From IMG/VR virus record IMGVR_UViG_3300007535_000003, positions 33,238-97,237 of that record: a stretch of DNA of 64,000 nt; one strand, 5' to 3'. Positions 36,259 through 51,200 of this stretch are shown piece by piece. Every line of letters starts with the position of its first letter. Within the stretch, counting starts at the first letter, position 1. Both the position numbers and the translations under genes were made by a program. Under the pieces are notes generated by a model that saw only the letters and a list, made by a program, of their open reading frames with translations, had not been told where the DNA came from and made no database searches. Source of the DNA: a virus.

Positions 36259-39200
36259 TACCTAAACCATGCTAACATACTACCCATATCTGTAAGTCTA
36301 TAATACTGTTTCCAGAATGGTAACATATTATTAAGGTGTTTGGCATATCGAGGATTACCTTTTAATGGTCCCTTTTCTATCTCATCAAATATACTCTGTC
36401 CAGGATCTGCAAATTCTGAGAAGAAATTTATAAGGTTCTCAATTATAGCCAAAGAAGCTGCAGGAGACCTAAGTATCCTTTGAAACTCTCCAGGACTATA
36501 GAAAAATAAAAGCTCTGACCTTAACCTAAGGGCATGGAATGCTATTGTTTGATACATGTACTCTTCCCTATCATCATCTGCTTCTTTAAGACCTTTTAGA
36601 GCTGCCCAGCCAATTATTATAAATGCAGCTAAGAATATATGATCACCTAGAGTCCTGCGTATATTAGCTCTTTCTACTGCTGTAACTCCTTTCCAATGAG
36701 CTCTAGCCATATCAGCTTTAAACCTCATAAGATCCCATATTATCTTAGGCATTATCCTAAGGAATGAGATATAAGCACCTTCAACAGAGGATTCTAGCAG
36801 TTCATTGTACTTAAACTTATAGTTACCATTTTCATCCTTTAGCCTCGAATGTTCCCACCTACGTTTAAATCCTGGTACAACAAACTTCCTAAACATCATA
36901 CCTGCTTGACCTAAAGCATGTCTCTGAATAGCGTTAGAGCCTTCTTTAGAGTATTCACCGTGCATTCTAGATAAAACTCTTTTGATCTTATTACCAAATT
37001 GTAGAGCTTCATCTCTAGTCCAATCAGACTCTTTCTCAACTCTATCATTTAATTTAATCTTGCCTGTTTCCTTATCTACTTCAATTGCGTGATAAAGTGT
37101 CATATCTCTTCCGTTGGACCTTTTCATGATATTCCCATCTTTATCATATATTTTCTGTGATAGAGCCATTGATACTGCAAATCTTACTTGCATCATATAT
37201 TCGCCCATATGAGACTGGAAGAATGCTAGATTACTAGTCATTAACTGTCTAAACTTATTGTGCTTCCTCATTCTGGGATCATTACCATAGTCGTGTAGTA
37301 TATCCCACCACTCTTCTAACCTACTCAATTTGTTAGTAGGAGCCCTACTGCCTATATCATTGAATATACCTGGTAGATTCGTCTTAAATATTATACCAGC
37401 TCTTTCATAGTCTTTCATATTAGTATATTCACCAGCAAAGGCTTCTACACGTTGCATAACTTGGCCTAATCCCCAGTTAGCTATACCTTGTACTAAGTTT
37501 AGACCTAGTAGATTATAAGCTGAGTACTTATTAATATTTTGTATAACTTTAGTAGTATCTACAGACTGGCCAAATACAGAGAACTCGCCCATTTGCTCCA
37601 TAGACTTACCATACATAGCGTGTTTCATCCAATCCTCAAACTGTTCAGCTATATAACTTCCTTTCTCTTTAGTAACTTCTTTACCCCTAAGGGACCTTAG
37701 AGCATTTTTAATAGGGTTGCCTTTAGCTACTAATCTCAACTTCCTATTATTAAGGTGGAATTGAGTAAGTTCCATGAACGGCAATATTTCACTCTTGTAC
37801 TTATAGTCTATCCCCATTGTAAACCTCATATTATACAAAGAAGCTAGATCATATGACTGTTCACTTTCATTTATATTAGATGAGTAGAATATAGGTAAGA
37901 ACATTCGTTCATTGCCGTTTTCATCTTGAAGCTTTAATATCTCACTCCTCTGTTTCTCAGTTTTCCCTGTTCCTACAGTTTCACCTTTCTGTATATCTTC
38001 AGGCCGCCTAGTAAATGCTTTCCTACCAGTACCCTTTAAAGCTTTACCTATATTATATCCTGATCTTAATCTTTCTACGAAAGTTTTCGATACTCCAGGC
38101 AGCCTAGTACCTAGTCTGTACTTATATGGGAGCCTCATATCTATTTCAGCATTCTTGTTTACTATATATTCATAGTATTTAACTCGTGGATCATCTGGAT
38201 TCTTACTTTTTATATTCGTTAGTTTCTCCCACTCAGGATTCTTCCACATGTCTATAGGTGTTCTATACTCCCATTCATTCTCACGTATCCACTTAAGTAT
38301 TTCTGAAATAGCTGTTTCATTATCTTCAAGGATATCAGTAATATCCCTCTTAAAGTCTCCTGGGGAGTAGTCATTATCAATAAGCTCTGTCTTTGTCTCT
38401 TCTGATAATATACCTTGTTCTACTAATGTGTCATAAAATAAGGCTTTATCTTTCCTATATTTATTAGTATCAAAATTAGTATTATTATTTTTCCACCTAT
38501 TAATCTCTTTACCCCTAGCCCTAGCAGCTTTTTTAGGATTTACACCGCTATAATCTCTTCCAAAAGCTATCTCTTTAATTAGGTCTAACTGGCTATGAAA
38601 TTCGCTGTGAAACTCTGACACATAGTGTTGTGTGTACTTAGAGTTATGACTCTTATATTCATATAGATTAGGTTCTAGTAAGAATTCTTTACCACCGCTA
38701 GTATATCTTACCCAGTTACCATAGTCCTCACTTTTAGTAACTACAGCCTCTTTAAAGTTATTAGCACCTTTTTCACTTATATATATAGTTCTGCCTACCC
38801 TAAATGCTACATCTCCAGATATTATAAACGACTGTGTTTTCTCTAGCATAAAATCATACAGACTCTCAGGACTAGATATAGTAGTATAGCCTTGTTTCTT
38901 TTCTAGCTCCCTTGTAAGTTCAACTACTTCATCCCTAACATCTATAGATTCATCTCTAGACTTATTATGCTGAATCATAAAGGCTTTAACAGCTGATGCT
39001 ACAACCTCATCATTACTATCTAATACACTATCAGCCCATCTAGCTAAGAAGGGTATATCATACTTAGCCTTCTCTATTTCATTACGTAGGCTATTCCTTA
39101 TATTCTGTTTTATCAAGTCCTCATTTTGCTTCACTTCTTCATCAAGAAACTGTGCTAAAGGCTTAGCTTTTTTATCTTCTTTAGACCACTGACGCCATTC

Positions 39201-42200
39201 TTTTTCTTTCTCTAATTTAAACTCCTCATATGCCCTAGTATCAAATTCACTAAGAGCATTTACTAATATCTCAGATGAATCCCTAGTATACAGACTTTTT
39301 ATAGAGTTCTTCATTTCTATAGTACTAGTAAGGAAATCACGTATTCCAGAAAATTGCTCTTGTATTTCACTTTGTTTAGTAAACTTTAGATATTCTTCTT
39401 TCATTTCTTCTAAAGTATCAAAAGCAACTAGATAGTCATACCATTGGCGGAATAATTCTGCTAACTCTTTATTAGTAACTTCACCTTTATCTATCCTATC
39501 TTTTAAACTCCAATATCTATCATATATATGCTTAGTATGTTTACCAGCTACAGAAGCAAATCTAGCTAGTGCTACTATAGGGCTATCCTCTTTCATCTTT
39601 TCATATTCTTCAGACAGCTTAGCCACTTGTTCTCTCTTACCCCTATTTTTGTATAGTGATATCTTAGTCTCTAATCTTTCTAAGACTTTATCCTTCAGTT
39701 TATCAGCCCTAGTTATATTACTATCAATAGCTCCTTGAGCTGATACTATGCCCCTTATCATAGCTATATTCTTCTTCTCTTCAGCTGTAAGCTCCCTATC
39801 AACTCTTTGTTCATAAGAGTCTACCAGGGTTTCCTCAGCAGCTTCTGTAGGCTTCTGACTTACAACTTTTTTAGCTAATTTCCTAACGGCAGACTTTTCA
39901 ATATGTAATAGTTGCTTAATCCTATCAAATATACGCATCAGTACTCTTTCCCACCTACTAGCTTTTTGTAGTCTCTGCTCATTATCTTTGATATTATTGA
40001 ATATATCAGCAGTATCTCTACCTATTGCTGTAGCTAGTACTTCTTTCTTTAGGGTAATATCATCAACACCTACCAGATCAGAATAAGTATTATATACTTC
40101 TTGTTCTATACTAGATCCTTCAAGTTCTTTTAAAGCCTTCTTAACTAGTGGGTTCTCTAACCCACCCATCAAGTCTATAAGCAAGTGGCCAAACTCATGG
40201 CCTATAGTATCTGTAGTCCATTTATTAGGGTTAACCCGTATTACTCTACCATTTTGTTCAAGTAAGCCTTTTTGCTCAATAGAATAATCTTCTGCTACAT
40301 CTTGTACATAAGGGAAGGTATTAAGCATTATATCTTTCTTACGCTCAAAGTCAGCCCTATTTTCTTTATCAAGAATATCAGTACCAAGATCGTTAGTGTT
40401 GACCGTCATTCTATAACTACCTTCCTGAGTAGTCTCAGCTTCACTATTGTTTACTAAAGATTCCCATATATTTCTTGTAACAATATTAAGCCTTTGTTTT
40501 TTATCAGATATGAGATTACCGTTATTCTTAAGAGCTATAGAATTAAGCTTTCTATATACCTTTTTAGCTAATCCCTCTCCTCGACGTCTATCAAACTTTA
40601 TCCAACGTACTCTGAGATTATTGCCTTCTCTTTCTAATAACACATCTCCTATCTTACCTTCACCGTCACTTACCTTGTACTGAATACTTTCACCGCTAGA
40701 TATTCTAAGAATATGTTCTAAGGACTCTTTATTTTCTTCTGAAGGCTCCATTACAACATCTTTAAGATCATATCTCTGCTCATATTGATCTAAAGATATA
40801 AGATCTTCATTAGCCTGCCTGCGCATCTCATCTATCTCTTGCTGATTACGCTTAAGTGCAAAATTGTCTATCTCTACAGTATATACATCTCTACCAGCCT
40901 GCCTACTAGCATCCTGTTTCTTTAATAGCTTCAATAAACCAGGATTATTACTATTAATAGCATTGACTAACTTAAGAGCCTTAGCATAATTATTACTACC
41001 TTCAGAATCTGCTTTAACCCATATTTTATCTTGATACCGCTTACCTGCTATACCATCTTGAGCTATTAGATGGTCTTCTACAGATTTACGAGTAAAGAAT
41101 CTCTTATCTTGTGGTTGTATTCTTACTCTACCCGCCCTTTGTTCATAGGAAGGCTCATTTTTAACAAATTCTCTAAAGCCCTGTATATCTTGTTCAGAGC
41201 CTAGTATATGAATTTGATCAGGATTAAATACAGCTGGATAACCTTCTGCTATTATAGAATCAAAATTTCCATATTTTTCTAGCTCCCCTATTTGCTTATT
41301 CTTAATAAACTGGCCACCTCCTGTATTAGGATCATATATATCTAAAAGACCCAGATAGTTTTGCTTAGCCTTTTCATTACTTATATTGTCTATATATCCC
41401 CTACGCTCTATATCCATACCCTTCTCTATATCGGATACAGTTCCTTCGCCGTATTTAGAGTCTATAAAGTTTTTTACAGCTCTAAGATCTTTGTAACTAA
41501 AAGGGTTCTTTATATCTAATAAAGCATATACTATAGACTTACCTACATAAGGTTCTTTTCCAACTTTATCAAAAAAGAAAGCATCACTAGTTCTACCATG
41601 GCCTTTTTCAAATCCTACCTCCTTCATATTAGGGTGAGATGAAGAGTGCTGGTATATTTCCCTAGTTGTACTACTAGAAAATATAGTATTTAAGTATTGA
41701 GAGTAAGCTTCTAAAGCTTGTTGTTTTTGTTGTGGGGTTACTTCAAAATTACTAATAGATTCAGATTTAATATCTTCAAGCATTTGCTTATAAGATTCAG
41801 CGTGTCTGTCTATTGTACTATCAGGTACATTAGCTCTATTTTCACCTCTTGCTATTTGTGCTTTTATTCTTTGTTTAGCCAGTTCTGGATTTAAATCCAT
41901 CAACTTGTATTGAACATTAGCAGTAGGTATTTCTTTTTTGATAGCTTCAATAAAAGGTAGTCTTTTATCTTTCGTTAAATTAGTAGTATCAAATACAACT
42001 TGTTTACCTTGTTTAATTGCTGCTACAGCTCTTTTAGCAGCCTCTTCATATATTTCTTTATCTTTAGATTTGTCATTTATATCACCTGTAAACTCAACTC
42101 TCATTGCGTCAGGTTCTATAACTACTAAATTTTCTTGCGGTAAAGATTTTATAAAAGTGGACTTTCCACTACCACTTGTACCGATGGGTAATATAACATC

Positions 42201-45200
42201 TGGTTCACTTTTAAACCCTAAAGCTTCATATACTTTATTAGCTAAATCAGGGTTTTGCTGAAATACAGCATCCACTCCTTCTTTAACTCTAGGAGCTCTT
42301 TGTTCACTACTAGGTAAATCCTCTACTGTTATAGTCCTATCTAATCTCCTGTTTATAATATACTCAGAGAATGTAAGTATTTCTTCAGTAGCACTATTTA
42401 CCAACTTTTTACCTGATATAGCCCTGAACAAATCAGTAAACAAGGCTACTATCTTATCCCACAATGAGGGAGATGTTGTTTGAAGTTCCCTTACAAAATT
42501 AGGATTGGCTATAATCTCTGATACAAATTCTAAAGGATTTTTAAGTCCATAAGACTTACTATTAGGCAACCTCCTTAAAGCCTCTTGCCAGTATCTCCTT
42601 ATTTTATCATGGAACTCTCTCTCTGTTTTAGTGGTAGGCTCCAACAAAGACCTTACAGTTAGACTATGCATACCTTCGTGTATCATAGAGACACCAAAAT
42701 AACTAAACATAGAGGAGTCTAACCTCTCCATAGAAATATGAATAGTATTTTTATTTGGATCGTAATACATATAAGCATTAGAATGCCCTTCACTATCAAA
42801 TTGAGTAGTAATAACAGCATCAGTCTTTTCTATTAGATCCAACCAAACTCTATACTTATTACTATGAAAGAATGTATCGTAATTATCCCTAAGTTTTTTG
42901 ACAACTTTTGGTACATGAGTATCTTCAATCTTTCCATCAAATATTGTATCTCTTATTTGTATAGAATTTAACTGTGATATTCTATCCTCAGTCTCAGCAA
43001 CAAGCTTATCTACCTGATTTCTATAGTACCTGATTCTAGATTCCAGTAGTGAAATGGCATTACTGTATTCCTTTTTTGCTATCTTAGCTATAGGATCTAC
43101 AGGAGTTAATCCAGTCATTCTAGTGAAATAATCTTGACTTATTTTTCCATCTTGAAGGTCTTCTATAAGATCATCTACATCATAGGTAGCTAGTTTTCTA
43201 TTCCCTTCAAAATACATACCTAAGGAGCTGTAATCATAAGACCTTAATATTTCAGCAATTTCTGGTAATGCTGCAAAAGCTTCAGAAGGTACCATCATAC
43301 CAGCCCCATAGTCACTCTTTATACGCCTTATAGCCTCTTCGTATATTTCTATGTTCTGGTTATACTCTTCTATCATAGATGATAAGCTCATAGCAGCTTC
43401 AGTGGTTATTTCACTTTCTTGCAACCTATTAGTTCTGCCATAGTCATCAACAAAATATATATTATCAGAATCAAATGTAACATACTCTTCATAAGTACCA
43501 TCAGATGTAAATGCTTGCTCCTCAATATATATAATACCATCATTACCCCATGCTTTCCATGTCTTAACATCTTCAGTACCTATATTAGCTACAGTATCGT
43601 ACTCTACCTCTTCAGATGAAAACTTCCTAGGATTACGCATATTGAGGAATAGCGGCCTAGTCTGTATATTCTCTTCACTAACCCCAGTTCTTTCAGCACT
43701 AGACTTACCATACCGCCTAGCAAAATTAATATTAGGTGTAGCATAGAATGCTGCTTTATCGCTAGTACCAGAGAATTGTTCAGTACTACCATGCCATAGT
43801 ACTTCGGGTTCCCCGTTAACATCTACAGCTTTAGAAGAATTCTTAGGATCGTTAACCCAATCACCAAACCATTCTTTAAACTCTGAAGTCCTTGTATGCA
43901 AATAAGTCCTTAAAGCTGTATTGAAATCATATGTAGACTCTAACTCGCTGAATAAATTAGATATATTATCGTTAGGAGCTTTATACTGATTTTTATCATA
44001 AGCATCGGTTACCTCACCACTACTTATCATACTCTTAAGTAAAGTAGCTTCCTCTTCATTAAGATTAGGGAATGCTTTCTGTATAGTACTTACAGTATGG
44101 TCTGCTTTACCCTTAGGTAATTTCTTAGTTGTTAGACTCTCGCCTTTAGCGCCCATACTCTTAGCTGTCTTATCTACATCTTCTTCAGGAGTGATAGTGT
44201 CTTGTAAGGATTCTTTACTATAGAATACAGCTAAATTATCAGCTTTACTTACCTCTGTAAAGTCTTCATATATTTTCTTACCACTTTTACTAATACTGCG
44301 TATGCCATTAGCATCGAACAGTGTATTCCTCGGCTTGTCTTTAGAACTAGCTAAATTAGCTTTATTTTCTTCAAAGAGTGTATCTTTGAGACCATACTCT
44401 TTAACCTTATGCCCCCTAGAACTATAACCACGTCTATCAGTTAGCCTATATACTGGATCTTTAACAGCATTATAACCTATATATTCATATAGATACACTT
44501 CATCACCCCAAAGACGCTTTATAAATGGTTTATAAACAGGAGTACCATGAGAATTACTACCTACCCATAGTTCATTCTTCTCGCTATCTACAGTAATAAG
44601 GGCTGATTCTCTGTTACCCCACCCTACAGTATTATATAGAGCAGCATCTTGTACTTCAGGTACAATATTATCATTAAACCAACTATGCTTGAAGAATTCA
44701 TCTAGTACTTCAGCAGCTATACTACTAAAGTTCTCTTCATGATTAAGGTCTTGTATTTGCCAAGATATATAATCACTGAACCCAACATCCCTTAAGTACT
44801 GAAATGGTATATATTCAAAGAAAGAATTAAGGGTACCATTGAACCCTGACGTAAAGAAAGCATAAGCTACAAGATCTTTACCTAATCTCCTTACAGCATC
44901 ATTGGGATATGATAATAGTTCTTTCCAGCCTTTAGTAACTTCATCCTTATCCCACTTCTCAGCTATATCAATAGTATTTGTAGCTAATTTATCGTAATCA
45001 GATTCATTCTCTGCTAGCCTAGGACTTAACATATCTAACAGTTTATTCTTCTTAAGATCTTGGTACTTATTAGGGCTGAATTTGACATTGTATACTCGCC
45101 TAGCTACACTATTATTACCTTTGAGTAATTTATTAACACTAGCTGAATCATACCCCATATATTCAGGATCTGAAAAGAATCTAGATACTATAGCAGAATA

Positions 45201-48200
45201 TATTTCATTAGCTGAATAGTTTACTACATCCTTCATTAAACGATTATCTGAAGTATACATAGTACCAGTAAATTTAAGTACCTGGTTATGTATGTAGTCA
45301 AACCCATCCGTAGAAGTAATAGTTCTATTCTTTAATATAGTATGTAAAGCTGGTAATACGTTGTTCATGTATTCCCCTAGGAAAGTATCTGTAAAGCTCT
45401 TTTTAAAGTTCTTTATGACATTATCCCTAAGTACTTTATTGTACTTATTTTCATATATCCTAGCTTCAACTAAGTTCTTACCATACTGTGCAGTATCTAT
45501 CCTAGAGGCCATTACAGCTTCTGTTAGAGCTGCCCCATACCCTTTTAATTCTTGGTACTTACCTAGTATCTCTAATTGTCTAGCATAATATTCAAAGTCA
45601 TTAGCATGTTTACCAGAAGCATCCTTCCTGAGCCTAGTAAAGTTGAAAGGCTTACCAGTACTTTCAGTTTCAAACTTCTCTACCCCTTGTTTCTTAAGCT
45701 TCTCAAACTCTTCTTTCATCCTCTTCTTATAGATACCTCTAACTACACTAACAGCAGCAGTATTTATAGCAGCTATGCCAGAACCTGATTTATCTGTGAG
45801 TGAGTCATAGTAAGCTAAATCTTTCAAAATAGGCTGTGCTAAGAAGTAGAATGTCCTATCCCCTAAACCGGACCTTAATAGCAAGTTAGCTACATTCTGT
45901 GTAGTATTGTTAACATTAACATCAAATATATAGGGGTCTTTGCCTATATCAACAAGAGCACTAATAGCAGCTGACATCCAGTCTGATACATACTCCCCAT
46001 CTACACCTTTATGTACTGCTAAATTAGTTGTACCAGTTGTAGTCTTTTCAATTTTTGTTATTTTTTCATATTGAAACTGCACATATCCCTTACCTTCTAG
46101 CCTACTATATTCTTCTTCAGACCATCCTTCTACTTTAGACCATTCCTCAGGAGTTATTTTATCTAAGCTGTATTCATCTGTTGTAGCTCTAACTAATACA
46201 GATCTACCCTCTGTATCAGTGAATTTTACAACATCACCTTTTTTTACATGTTTTCTAGCCTCAGGACTCCTACTAGTAGCTGTTCTATCCCCGCTTATTA
46301 TTAAATCCATTGTAGACTTACCTCGGAACTCTGGCCTCATTTTTCTTCCTCCTTGACCGTCTTTAAAGTTCATGGGCATAGTTACACTTGGTTTAATATC
46401 TGTACCAGCTACATTAGTTGTATTAGTAGGAGTAAACTTCTGTCCTACTTTATATCCTTCTTGAAGAGCTTTTTCTATTAAATCAGCAGTCTGTTTTTGA
46501 ATGCCTGGTTTCACAGACTCTCTATTACCAGCGACATTTAAAACTTTAATATTATTATCTGCAATCCATTTAGCTAATTCTCTAGAAGATGGATTTACTA
46601 TATAGGGTTTATTAAGCTTTTTTGCTAAATTTACAGTAAGCTTAGTACCAGGTGAAGTAGTATTCCCTACTAACAGAGTACCATCACTATTTTCAATATT
46701 TTTCCTAGTACGCTTAGGATATATTTTAGGATCATACTCTCCTTCTACCAGCCCGTATTTACTAGAAAGACTTTCATCCTTGCCTTTTTCAGTTATAAAT
46801 CCTTGAGGAGCAGTACCGCCAGTTTCTATACCTAGGTTAAGAGCAGCAACTAATCCACCCTGATCAGCCCCTGTTTGACCCCCTGATATTATTTTAGATA
46901 GACTTACTTTTACAGTTCTCTCGCCACTTATATAGTCTTTAACAAACCTATAAAAATCAAATTTATATGAAGCCTCTTCACCTTCTAAAGTGCCCCTAAG
47001 TACACTTTCGCCAGGTATCTCTACATCAAATAGTGTAGTCTGTTCAGTATCAATAGTCTCTATAGCATCACTGTCATACAGCATACTCATCGCTGTTTCT
47101 TGTAGACCTTCTTCTATCTTGATGCCTCCGCCAACTTCTTTTGTAGAAGCTTCTATTATTTTATTAACTGTCTCTTCATTATTACTTATCCAATGTGCTT
47201 CTTCAAATGTAACATCAGGTAAAGGCATTTTCATAGATACCCACTTATCTAATACCTTACTATTGTAAGAATCTATTATACTTTTATAGGAAGCTATGTC
47301 TTTATACGGTATAGGAGTAGTTTGCAGAGCATTAGGTAACTTAGCAGCTTCAATAAGCTTATTAGCAGGTATACCATTTACTTTAGTTTTCTTCAACTTC
47401 TCTATATACCTAGACTTCTCTGTAGCTGGTACTTCTTTTATATAATCTTGATATTGTTCAGGTAGTACCCCATTTAAGTTAAATTCGCCCATTAGCTCAT
47501 AAGCAGTACTAAAAGCTTCTTTTAGCATATCATCTGGTGTCTTCTCTAACTCTGCAGCCTCTTTAGTTTGTGGTATACCTAAATCAGTATCTATATATAA
47601 ATCAGCTATTTGCCCTACAATATGATGTACATTATTAAGAGCAAATGAACCTATTAAGTTCTTACCTTCAATATATCTACGCTTAGAGTCAGCTTGGAAT
47701 CTAGGCGTTAAACTATAGTTATCTGGCAACTCTGTCTCAGTCTTTACTTCGCTAGCTATTTTCTTAAGTCTATCTGTGTAAGTATCTAAAGGTGTATAGG
47801 TTTGTACTGCGTGCTTAGAATCTAATAATATACTCCTATAGCTAGCTATTAGTATATTTTCAATAGCAGCTGGTGTATTCTGTTCTAATATACTTCTTTG
47901 AGCAAATTCTTCCCTATGCTCTTTCACCCACTTCTCTACTAACTCGTCAGACTTTTTCTTTATACTATCTTTAACATCTTTTATACCTTGGTTAAGGTCT
48001 TGTATCATACTATGGACAGTATCTATAGCCTCTTTTCTATCAGCTATATCCTCTTCTACAGCTTCTAAATATACACCTTGGTACCTATCAAGAGCATCCC
48101 TAAACTCAGATTGAAGATAATCTAATTCTTCTTTACTCAGCTCCCTACTCTGTAATATTCTCTTAATCTCTCTAGTGTACAACTTTCTTACATCCTCTAT

Positions 48201-51200
48201 TTCTTTAGCTACCCCTTCTTCCCTAGCATATTTATATATACGCTGTTCAAAATTATTTACCTTGCCAGGCTTATCCTGTGAATCAGTCAAATAGGGAACA
48301 AGTATAGGATTACCATCCTTATCTAGTTCATAATTTTCCCTAAATACAAATAATTTGTCAATATCGAAATCAGAACCTGTAAGAGTAGTAAACTCTGCAG
48401 GCAGTATAACTGCATCTTTATAATTCTCTGGTAAGAAACCTACTATATTTAAGCTAGATACAGAGTTAGGACCTTGAGTAGGAACCCTATAACCTAAGGC
48501 TTGTGGGTTATTTTTAAGGAACTTTTTCTTCTGTTCAAAAGTGAGATTCTTATAGTTGGGTATTGCATCTTTATACAAATCAACACTGACAACAGCGTCC
48601 ATAGATATAATATTGCCCCCTTTACCTATCCTGTAGTACTTAAGATCTTCCTTAGCTTCTTGCAACCATGTAATCTTATCCTTGTACTTATCTAACCCTT
48701 CAGTAGACTTAAGACGTCTACCAAAGTTAGATACTTGTATAAAGGGCTTACCAGGTATCAAAAGATCTATAATATTCTTATTAATAAGTGATACAACCCT
48801 ATTCTCTATCCACTTTCTGTTTGGCAGAGAATCAAATTCTGGATAATTACCGTTAGCATCTGGAGTAAGGGCATCTACTATGTTGTTAGGACTGTTAGAC
48901 CTTACAGCATCCTCTCTGAGGACTTCTAAGAGCTTCAATTCATTTTCGACTACTCCAGTACTAGGATTGATCCCCATGCCAGTGAGGAGCTTCCTAGCCC
49001 CTATTGTGGACAATCTACCAAGGGACTTGTTAATAGTATTAAGTATTTCTTTACCAGTAACATCTTTACCTTGTAGACTATAAATACCAGCTTTATTAAC
49101 ATTATACATAGGAACTTTCTTAACCTGTGTACCTAAAGCTATTTCAGTTTCTTCGTGGGGATCAGTCATAATCTGTCTCCTAAGAAACTCAAACTTCTGA
49201 CTATATACAGCTGCTTTATCTAACGAGTTTATATCTTCATGCTCAGCATCTGCATAAAATTCAAACCTATCCCTATTACCTACTTTGGTAGCGGTATCAA
49301 ATTTAACTTGATGTATTTTTTGTAAGTCGCCGTTAAGATTGAAAGTACCCCCAGGAGCGTAATCCCCTTTTAGCTCCATTCGATCTAACAACTCTTCAAG
49401 CTCAGTATCTTTGACTATATCCCTGGTAAGTACGGCCATAGACATTTTATCGTATGTAGGTACAGCCATACCCCTTTCATAGCTAGGGCCAAAGTATACT
49501 AACTTTAACGGTGGAAGTGGGTTAGTATCAAATTCGCCTCTCTCACCCTGTAAATCTGCTAAAGCTTGATCATCTTCTATATGCCATTCGCCTAAACGTT
49601 CTTTTATAGACTTATACATTTCAGGTGAAATAAATACCTGTGCATCTGTTTGGTCTACTTTTTTGTAGTTATTAAGCTTATTAGTAGAAAGTCTATCAGC
49701 TTCTACTGAAGAATACCCTTGTTCCAGCAGTAGATTCATGTAGTTATTCTTCAACTGCGGATAGTATACGCTGCTAACAATATTAGTATCTAGCGTAATA
49801 CTGTTGTATTCAGTTTCATTAGCTAACCTATGACCGCTTGGGAAATCAGTACGTAGATTCTCACCTGTAGACCCTAGTACAGAGGAACGCTTAACTTTAT
49901 TTACATCAGTACTAAAAAATGCTGGATCGCCTAATAGAACTTTATCTGTCTCTATTGTAGATACTAGGTTGTTAACAGCATAAGTAGCTATAATATCTTT
50001 AATAGCATGGTTAGTATTTCCCCCATATCTTTCCTTAGCTATATTATCTACAAGAGTACTATCTAAGTACTTGTTGCCTTGTATAGTTACTTTCTTACCT
50101 TCTACTTTAGTATCTATAATACCATATTCAGAAGCTAATTTAATAGTATCTAGTATATTAGATACTACTATATTCATAGCGTCCTGCTTTATATCTTTAG
50201 CTCGTTTCTTATTCAGGCTAGTAAACTCGTGAAACTTAGTACCATCACCTAAATAGTTACCTTGATTATCTTTAAATACTTTATATAAAGCTCTACCAAT
50301 CTGTTTATAAACAAAACCAGATCTAGGCTTAATATTGTCTAACTTATAATGATAGTCTTCTACCAGATGAGTAGTTTCCCCGGTCTTTAAAGCTTCTTCA
50401 ATCTGTTCTTTTGTCTGCTCTATCCTATTCTGTTCATCTAATATATAACCTTCTATTATCCTGATTATTTCAGAATCATAAGGTATTATAGTTTCCCCTT
50501 TATTATTCAGGGTAAAACTAAAATCAACAGGTTCTATACCACTGAAGTAATAGAAACTAGACCTATCAGCTAAAGTAGGCAATGGCAGCTTACCATGCTT
50601 AGTAGAATGCAACCTAGCTATTAAGTCTTCCATAGGGTTCATTCCCTCGTAGGATCTGCCCTGATCTAGGTATTCTCTAACAAAGGCAGAAAAAGTATCT
50701 AGTTTAAACTTAGCCCTAGCATTTGCATCTTCGCTAATACGTTTTAATATGTAAGAATTCTTATTGAATACAGCAGACCTATGGAGCTGTAAAGCCTCAG
50801 GATCTTTCTTTAACTTCCTTATAAAGTCTGTAGTAAAGCTGTTAAGCATATACTTAAAGTGGGCATTCCCTTGAGGACCCAATATAGTAGAAGACAGATT
50901 CTCAGGACTATACTCAGCAAAATACTGGCCTAAGTCCCTGGCTATACTTTCATTCAAGAACAATTCACTAGTATCATATCTATCCCCATTAGCTTTAGTA
51001 GGGAAATTGTCTAAAGAAGCTTGGTACAAAGTACCAGATCTTTCAAATAAGCCCTTTAGCCTATTAAGCAGATTCATAGCAGCACCGTATCTACCAGATG
51101 TATCATCTTGATCTAATACATATAGTAAAAGATCTTCATCAGTAGGTATATTTATACTATTGAGTAGACTACTGAGGGACCTTAGTAGCTTACCTAATTG

